A DNA stretch of 64,000 nucleotides from Eledone cirrhosa. Its lineage: Eukaryota. Positions 60,601-64,000 of the stretch are shown piece by piece (the first letter of the stretch is position 1; every line of letters begins with the position of its first letter). The notes under the pieces were generated by a model. It was not told the origin of the DNA and did not search any database. It was given only the letters and a program-made list of their open reading frames with translations. The stretch lies in assembly GCA_964016885.1 (NCBI GenBank), contig OZ024743.1:138322001-138386000 (forward strand), in the 5' to 3' direction. Both the position numbers and the translations under genes were made by a program.

Positions 60601-63600
60601 GGTGCTTGGTGTTTGGTGCTTGGTGCTTGGTGTTTGGTGCTGGGTGCTGGGTGCTTGGTGTTTGGTGCTTGGTGCTTGGTGCTTGGTGTTTGTTGCTTGG
60701 TGCTTGGTGCTTGGTCTTTGGTGCTTGGTGTTTGCTGTTTGGTGCTTGGTGCTTCGTGTTTGGTGCTTGGTGATTAGTGTTTGGTGCTTGGTGCTTGGGG
60801 TTTGGTGTTTGGTGCTTGGTGCTTGGTGTTTGGTGCTTGGTACTTGGTGTTTGGTTCTTGGTGTTTGGTGTTTGCTGTTTGGTGTTTGGTGTTTGGTGTT
60901 TGGTGTTTGCTGTTTGGTGTCTGTTTTTTGGTGTTTGGTGTTTGCTGTATGGTGTTTGGTGCTTGGTGCCTGGTGTTTGGTGCTTGGTGCTTGGTGCTGG
61001 GTGGTTGGTGTTTGGTGCTTGGTGTTTGGTGCTGGGTGCTTGGTGTTTGGTGCTTGGTGCTTGGTGTTTGGTGCTTGGTGTTTGGTGTTTGGTGCTTGGT
61101 GCTTGGTGTTTGGTGCTTGGTGCCTGGTGTTTGGTGCTTGGTGCTTAGTGTTTGGTGCTAGGTGCTTGGGGTTTGGTGTTTGGTGCTTGGTGTTTGGTGC
61201 TTGGTGCTTGGTGTTTGGTGTTTGGTGTTCGGTGCTTGGTGCTTGGTATTTGGTGTTTGATGTTTGCTGTTTGGTGTTTGTTGTTTGGTGTTTGTTGTTT
61301 GGTGTTTGCTGTTTGGTGTTTGGTGTTTGGTGTTTGCTGTTTGGTGTCTGCTTTTTGGTGTTTGGTGTTTGCTGTATGTTGTTTGCTGTTTGGTGTTTGG
61401 TGTTTGGTATTTGGTGTTTGGTGCTTGGTGCTTGGTGTTTGGTGCTTGGATCTTGGTGTTTGGTGCCTGGTGTTTGGTGTTTATTGCTTGTTGCTTGGTG
61501 CTTGGTGCTTGGTGTTTGGTGTTTGGTGCTTGGGGTTTGGTGCTGGGTGCTTGGTGTTTGGTGCATGGTGCTTGGTGCTTGGTGTTTGGTGTTATATGCT
61601 TGGTGTTTGATGCTTGGTGCTTGGTGCTTGGTGTTTGGTGTTTGGTGCTTGGTGTTTGATGCTTGGTGTTTGATGCTTGGTGCTTGGTGCTTGGTGTTCG
61701 GTGCTTGGTGCTTGGTGTTTGTACTTGGTGCTTGGTGCTTGGTTCTTGGTGTTTGGTGCTTGGTGCTTGGTGCTTTGTGTTTGGTGCTTGGTGCCTGCTG
61801 CTTGGTGCTTGGTGTTTGGTGTTTGGTGTTTGGTGCTTGGTGTTAGGTGTTTGGTGCTTGGTGCTTGGTGTTTGGTGTTTGGTGCTTGGTGTTTGGTGCT
61901 TGGTGCTTGGTGTTTGGTGTTTGGTGCTTGGTGTTTGGTGCTTGGTACTTGGTGCTTGGTGCTTGGTGTTAGGTGTATGGTGCTTGGTGCTTGGTGTTTG
62001 GTTTTTGGTGCTTGGTGCTTGGTGTTTGGTGTTTGGTGCTTGCTGCTGGCTGCTTGGTGCTTGGTGATTGGTGCTTGGTGTTTGGTGCTTGGTGTTTGGT
62101 GTTTGGTGCTAGGTGCTTGGTGCTTGGTGTTTGGTGCTTGGTGCTTGGTGTTTGGTGTTTGGTGTTTGGTGCTTGGTGCTTGGTGTTTGGTGCTTGGTGC
62201 TTGGTGCTGGGTGGTTGGTGTTTGGTGCTTGGTGTTTGGTGCTGGGTGCTTGGTGTTTGGTGCTTGGTGCTTGGTGTTTGGTGCTTGGTGTTTGGTGTTT
62301 GGTGCTTTGTGCTTGGTGTTTGGTGCTTGGTGCTTGGTGTTTGGTGCTTGGTGCTTAGTGTTTGGTGCTAGGTGCTTGGGGTTTGGTGTTTGGTGCTTGG
62401 TGTTTGGTGCTTGGTGCTTGGTGTTTGGTGTTTGGTGTTTGGTGCTTGGTGCTTGGTATTTGGTGTTTACTGTTTGCTGTTTGGTGTTTGTTGTTTGGTG
62501 TTTGTTGTTTGGTGTTTGCTGTTTGGTGTTTGCTGCTTGGTGTTTGGTGCTTGGTGCTTGATGCTTGGTGTTTTGTGTTTGGTGCTTGGTGCTTGGTGTT
62601 TGGTGCTTGGTGCTTGGTTCTAGGTGTTTGTACTTAGTGCTTGGTGTTTGGTGCTTGGTGCTTGGTGCTTGGTGTTTGGTGTTTGGTGCTTGTTTCTTGG
62701 TGCTTGGAGTTTGGTGTTTGGTGATTGTTGCTTGGTGTTTGGTGCTTGGTGCTTTGTGCTTGGTGTTTGGTGTTTGCTGCTTGGTGTTTGGTGCTTGGTG
62801 CTTGGTGCTTGGTGTTTTGAGTTTGGTGCTTGGTGCTTGGTGTTTGGTGCTTGGTGCTTGGTGCTTGGTGTTTGTACTTGGTGCTTGGTGCTTGGTGTTT
62901 GGTTCTTGGTTCTTGGTGTTTGGTACTTGGTGCTTGGTGCTTGGTGCTTGGTGTTTGGTGCTTGGTGTTTGGTGCTTGTTGCTTGGTGTTTGGTGCTTGG
63001 TGTTTGGTGTTTGGTGCTTTGTGCTTGGTGTTTGGTGTTTGGTGTTTGCTGTTTGCTGTTTGGTGTTTGGTGTTTGCTGTTTGCTGTTTGGTGTCTGCTT
63101 TTTGGTGTTTGGTGTTTGCTGTATGGTGTTTGCTGTTTTGGTGTTTGGTGTTTGCTGTATGGTGTTTGGTCTTTGGTGCTTGGTGTTTGGTGCTTGGTGC
63201 TTGGTGTTTGGTGTTTGGTGCTTGGTGTTTGGTGTTTGGTGTTTGGTGCTTGGTGCTTGGTGCTTGGTGTTTGGTGTTTGGTGTTTGGTGCTTGGTGTCT
63301 GGTGCTTGGTGCTTGGTGTTTGGTGCTTGGTGTTTGGTGTTTGGTGTTTGGTGCTTGGTGCTTGGTGTTTGGTGTTTGGTGCTTGGTGTTTGGTGTTTGG
63401 TGCTTGTTGCTTGGTGCTTGGTGCTTGGTGTTTGGTGCTTGGTGCTTGGTGTTTGGTGCTTGCTGCTGGCTGCTCGGTGCTTGGTGATTGGTGCTTGGTG
63501 TTTGGTGCTTGGTGTTTGGTGTTTGGTGCTAGGTGCTTGGTGCTTGGTGTTTGGTGCTTGGTGCTTGGTGTTTGGTGTTTGGTGTTTGGTGCTTGGTGCT

Positions 63601-64000
63601 TGGTGTTTGGTGCTTGGTGCTTGGTGCTGGGTGGTTGGTGTTTGGTGCTTGGTGTTTGGTGCTGGGTGCTTGGTGTTTGGTGCTTGGTGCTTGGTGTTTG
63701 GTGCTTGGTGTTTGGTGTTTGGTGCTTTGTGCTTGGTGTTTGGTGCTTGGTGCTTGGTGTTTGGTGCTTGGTGCTTAGTGTTTGGTGCTAGGTGCTTGGG
63801 GTTTGGTGTTTGGTGCTTGGTGTTTGGTGCTTGGTGCTTGGTGTTTGGTGTTTGGTGTTTGGTGCTTGGTGCTTGGTATTTGGTGTTTACTGTTTGCTGT
63901 TTGGTGTTTGTTGTTTGGTGTTTGTTGTTTGGTGTTTGCTGTTTGGTGTTTGCTGCTTGGTGTTTGGTGCTTGGTGCTTGATGCTTGGTGTTTTGTGTTT
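48640..64000 (+). repeat. Large HOR with period 5,688 bp then 6,647 bp (about 2.5 copies visible)
   Basis: ORFs 48817/54505/61152, 49342/55030/61677 and 50230/55918/62565 give offsets 5,688 then 6,647. ORFs 51272/57919 and 52889/59536 are offset by 6,647. Marker GTTATATGC at 49256, 54944 and 61591. Confidence 0.93.

Larger units (their letters stand above)
1..64000 (+). repeat. Heptamer satellite array (TTGGTGY)n, G/T-rich on + strand, running off both window ends
   Basis: Every line of the window parses as TTGGTGC/TTGGTGT monomers with scattered 1-2 nt variants. No inversion (no CACCAA tracts on +) and no non-repeat insert seen. A is almost absent from the + strand. Confidence 0.99.

Noticed and set aside
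1-64000. Hundreds of + strand ORFs encoding (WCLVLGA/WCLVFGV)n hydrophobic proteins, up to 736 aa (47301..49511)
   Set aside because: The heptamer has no A on the + strand, so stops are rare in all three frames. All frames give the same 7-aa repeat, starts are mostly TTG/GTG from the monomer, and there is no non-repetitive domain, RBS or promoter context.
1-64000. CRISPR array or repeat-spacer system
   Set aside because: There are no unique spacers, no 23-50-bp palindromic repeat and no cas or RT genes. Sequence between recurring markers is itself the same heptamer.
1-64000. Canonical telomere repeat (TTAGGG/TTTAGGG/TTAGG)
   Set aside because: TTAGG appears only as an isolated single-base variant of TTTGG, never in tandem.
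1-64000. Cyanobacterial STRR-type heptamer repeats
   Set aside because: There is superficial similarity to TTKGTCA-type heptamers, but those form short intergenic or intragenic tracts. A gene-free array of 64 kb or more does not fit a bacterial chromosome.
1-64000. Pure sequencing artefact or synthetic low-complexity sequence
   Set aside because: Rare variants recur in collinear order with hierarchical, neighbour-shared differences and indels in multiples of 7, which random error would not produce. Individual duplications could still be mis-assembled.

Overview
The entire 64-kb window is one uninterrupted, single-orientation tandem array of a 7-bp monomer, consensus TTGGTGY. TTGGTGC and TTGGTGT are interspersed; the reverse complement is RCACCAA, and length/7 gives about 9,100 monomers. 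I see no unique sequence, credible gene, RNA gene, CRISPR array or mobile element. All ORFs in the track are artefacts of a stop-free heptamer (3 x 7 nt = 7-aa period in all frames). The array is not random: the C/T state of the last base plus rare variant monomers form a barcode that reveals nested higher-order repeats (HORs). Periods were read from offsets between near-identical ORFs and marker motifs: 104 bp, 942 bp, ~2.5-2.6 kb (4 tandem copies), 2.8 kb, ~3.5 kb, ~3.9 kb, 3.3 kb and 5.7/6.6 kb, plus long-range copies at 5,177, 8,640 and 13,741 bp. These are organised into successive domains with distinct marker variants. The best interpretation (inference) is eukaryotic satellite DNA (centromeric/pericentromeric, subtelomeric or telomere-derived) from a long-read assembly. 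I cannot assign organism or function from the sequence. Block boundaries were read by eye and are approximate to tens of bases.
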